Positions 61,587 to 64,000 of a stretch of DNA of 64,000 bases are shown here, piece by piece (positions within the stretch are counted from its first letter, which is position 1; every line of letters starts with the position of its first letter). Below the pieces are notes generated by a model that worked only from the letters and a program-made list of their open reading frames with translations, did not search any database and was not told where the DNA came from. The stretch is from Octopus sinensis (Eukaryota): NCBI RefSeq assembly GCF_006345805.1, contig NC_043005.1:7316001-7380000 (forward strand), read 5' to 3'. The position numbers and the translations under genes are program-made.

Positions 61587-61915
61587 CATATTTACAAAGT
61601 CAGAAAACAGCACAGCTCCCATGACTTCAGGAAACATTTTTTCACACTGAGAGTTGCTGAAGCATGGAACAAACTGCCGGCATCAGTTGTTAGTTGTCGG
61701 AGCACTGCATCCTTCAAAACTTCCATGCTTCCTGAGATTCGCCAACACTACACCTGATTTTCTCCCCTCCATACACACACAAGCATGTATCTGACTCATA
61801 CACTGTTCACTTTCCAGACATTTCTACATTACTGCATGTACTTTATATGCACTTTTGACAAGTTGTGGTGCACCTGAGCACTGTATACAATAATTTCATT
61901 ATTATTATTATTATT
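61587..61915 (+). mobile_element. CR1-type LINE 3' end
   Basis: RKHFFTLRVAEAWNKLPASVV, 3'UTR and (ATT)n. Confidence 0.85.
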
Positions 61916-62382
61916 AGCAGTAGTAGTAAATATATATTTTATTATAACAGATTAATAATATCATCTCTTTGACTATTAGCTAGTATCACCTATCTAGTTG
62001 TCACCCAGTGCTCTGTCACCTATCAAGTTGTTACCCAGTTAAACTTTTACAAAGCTGGAGGTCCTGCAGTTATTCTGATACCTGTTGACTGTTACTAAGT
62101 TGCCCCTGAATTGTACATAACTATTCATGGTGTTTGGAAAGCAACTATTCAGGCAACATATATTATAAACAATGATTTCAAACTAAGTCAAATAATAAGA
62201 ATAGTAACTGAATATACTTTAGTACATGACTAGTGGTTATTTTATCAACCTTGTATAATGAAATCTAACAAAATTCAGACACACGCAACCAATGCAAAAA
62301 AAAAAAAAAACCCTGCAAAAACTTTACTCTTATTGCCGATCTACAACCCTTCAAACCATAAATAATTCTTTCTGTTATAGTC

Positions 62383-62585
62383 ACAAGGCCTAAAATTTGG
62401 GAGGAGGGAGTTAGTCAATTACATCAACCCCAGTGATCCACTGGTACTTATTTTATTGAACTTGAAAGGATGAAAGGACAAGCTAACCTCAGTCAAATTT
62501 GAACTCAGAATATTAAGAGCCAGAAGAAATGCCACTAAGCATTTTGCCCAATCTGCTAACAATTCTGCCAGCTGGCCATTTTCCT
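62383..62585 (-). mobile_element. SINE family C-related, diverged
   Basis: Degenerate central domain and head. Confidence 0.65.
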
Positions 62586-63226
62586 TCAAACCATAAATAA
62601 TAGAAATAAACAATAATAATGATAATGATGCCAATAAATTATCATTAGTGAGTAATAGATTTGCATGTCCAAATGAAAATATATATATATTAATGTTCAT
62701 GCAAAAGATATGAACTTGCCTTAATTACATCTAAAAATCTTAAGCTATATGAGAAAGTCTCAAAAATCATTCCATTAAACTGACCATGGTTTATTCTGAC
62801 AGTAAAAGTCAGCTGTTGGCTAACTATCAGTTAAATCCAAACTAATTATGAAGCAAACTATCACAAGATCCGATATTTTGTAAACTTCTTTTAGGCTCTT
62901 TGGCTACTGTTTAACTCCAGATAAACATAGTCAAGCAAACTTATGACTAAAGACATTCCTGTCATGACCAACCAATATTCTTTGTAAACTTAGAACTATT
63001 TTATCCAATATACCCTTTCCTTTTAAACGTGATAGAGTAACATTGAAAAAGATACGGTTACTATTTCTAGCAAGTGAGTAACCACATTGTCACTTCTTCA
63101 TTGATTCATCTTTGGTCTATATTGTATTACATGGCATGTAGTGGCAAATTATGTCTGAAATCAACATACTATCTTAAAAACAAAATCAAAAATTAATTCA
63201 AAAGAGTATGATATTATATTACTTAC

Positions 63227-63308
63227 AATATTTGCTAAAGCTTTTGAGCCTGAATAAATTGAAATAACAAATAGCATGAACTCAGGCAACCAATATAAAA
63301 AGAATTTT
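63227..63308 (-). CDS. TMEM241: TMEM241 (SLC35D4, nucleotide-sugar transporter family), first exon seen in window (KFFLYWLPEFMLFVISIYSGSKALANI)
   Basis: Minus-strand AG/GT, 82 nt. Resembles human VWLPASVLFVGIIYAGSRALSRL (human sequence recalled from memory, not searched). Confidence 0.9.
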
Positions 63309-63972
63309 CTGAAAAAAGAAATATATACAAATGTGTGTTATAAGTTATAAAAATAAAAGTTTGTGTATGCATAAATGTCTGCATGTATATACATGTTCTT
63401 ATTGGTCATTGATGGTCTTCCTCAGTCACAAGTTAACAGCCAGCATGTGTGTGTGTATGTATGCTAAGTCCAGGAATGAAGGTTATGATATTACAGCCCA
63501 ACAAGCTGGGCAACCAGATTTCTTTAGGAATTTAGAGTGGACCCTAGAATTAGTGGGACATAAGAAAGGATTTGTGAAGCTAGCTGATAGAAAGTAGGCA
63601 ATGTAAAAGTCTCACAAACTTGTTCAGATGCTTCTATCTGTCCGAAAGGTAGTGAATAGATTTCTCGAAAATTCCAATGTTGAATACGGACAAACTGCTT
63701 GGTTATCCAAATCATAACTAGATAGAGTATTCTGTAGACTAGTAGATAGGGATAGCATAGGTTGTCCACAATTCAAAATTACTACCTACACAGGTCACCA
63801 ATCTGTGATCTGTGTGGTCAACCTAGATAGGATCTGTAGGCAAGGACCCAATAACTGAAAGCTGAATGTGTCACTCTCAGTGCTTTAAGCTTTCAGAAAC
63901 AGTGTCAACAAAAGAGTTAAACAAGCATAAACAAAAGGTAGTACAGGTACACCTAAAAAGGCAATTAAAGTA

Positions 63973-64000
63973 TTGGGTTGTCTGGAAAGTTCATGCCAAT
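63973..64000. mobile_element. Start of another mariner with the same TIR as 50106 (runs off the window)
   Basis: TA|TTGGGTTGTCTGGAAAGTTCATGCC. Confidence 0.75.

Overview
AT-rich, repeat-dense eukaryotic DNA. The tRNA-derived SINEs and (TA)n/(CAT)n microsatellites point to a coleoid cephalopod, probably Octopus (inference). Two convergent multi-exon genes were reconstructed by hand from GT-AG sites with consistent codon phase. TM9SF1 lies on + (8 exons, 2750-24133, ends ...YVNLKMD*; 5' exons not found in the window). TMEM241/SLC35D4 lies on - (11 exons, 63308 to about 34091; 5' part outside the window; last exon tentative). The rest is mostly transposon-derived: several SINE families, RTE and CR1-type LINE fragments, five same-strand non-autonomous Helitrons, piggyBac-type MITEs, mariner relics and an initiator-tRNA pseudogene. 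Best leads: (1) two type I hammerhead-ribozyme folds on +, one inside a 482-nt direct-repeat unit (retrozyme or Penelope-like) and one minimal variant with a compensatory U3-A8 core in a foldback element; (2) an RTE-tailed composite retroposon with a 5' (AAAATC)n leader and a GC-rich VNTR, architecturally like SVA; (3) an inverted duplication just downstream of TM9SF1 whose left arm carries a templated copy of the TM9SF1 last exon and 3'UTR inside a SINE. All folds, family names and identities come from reading the sequence by eye. No searches or folding programs were run, so the novelty of any family is unverified.
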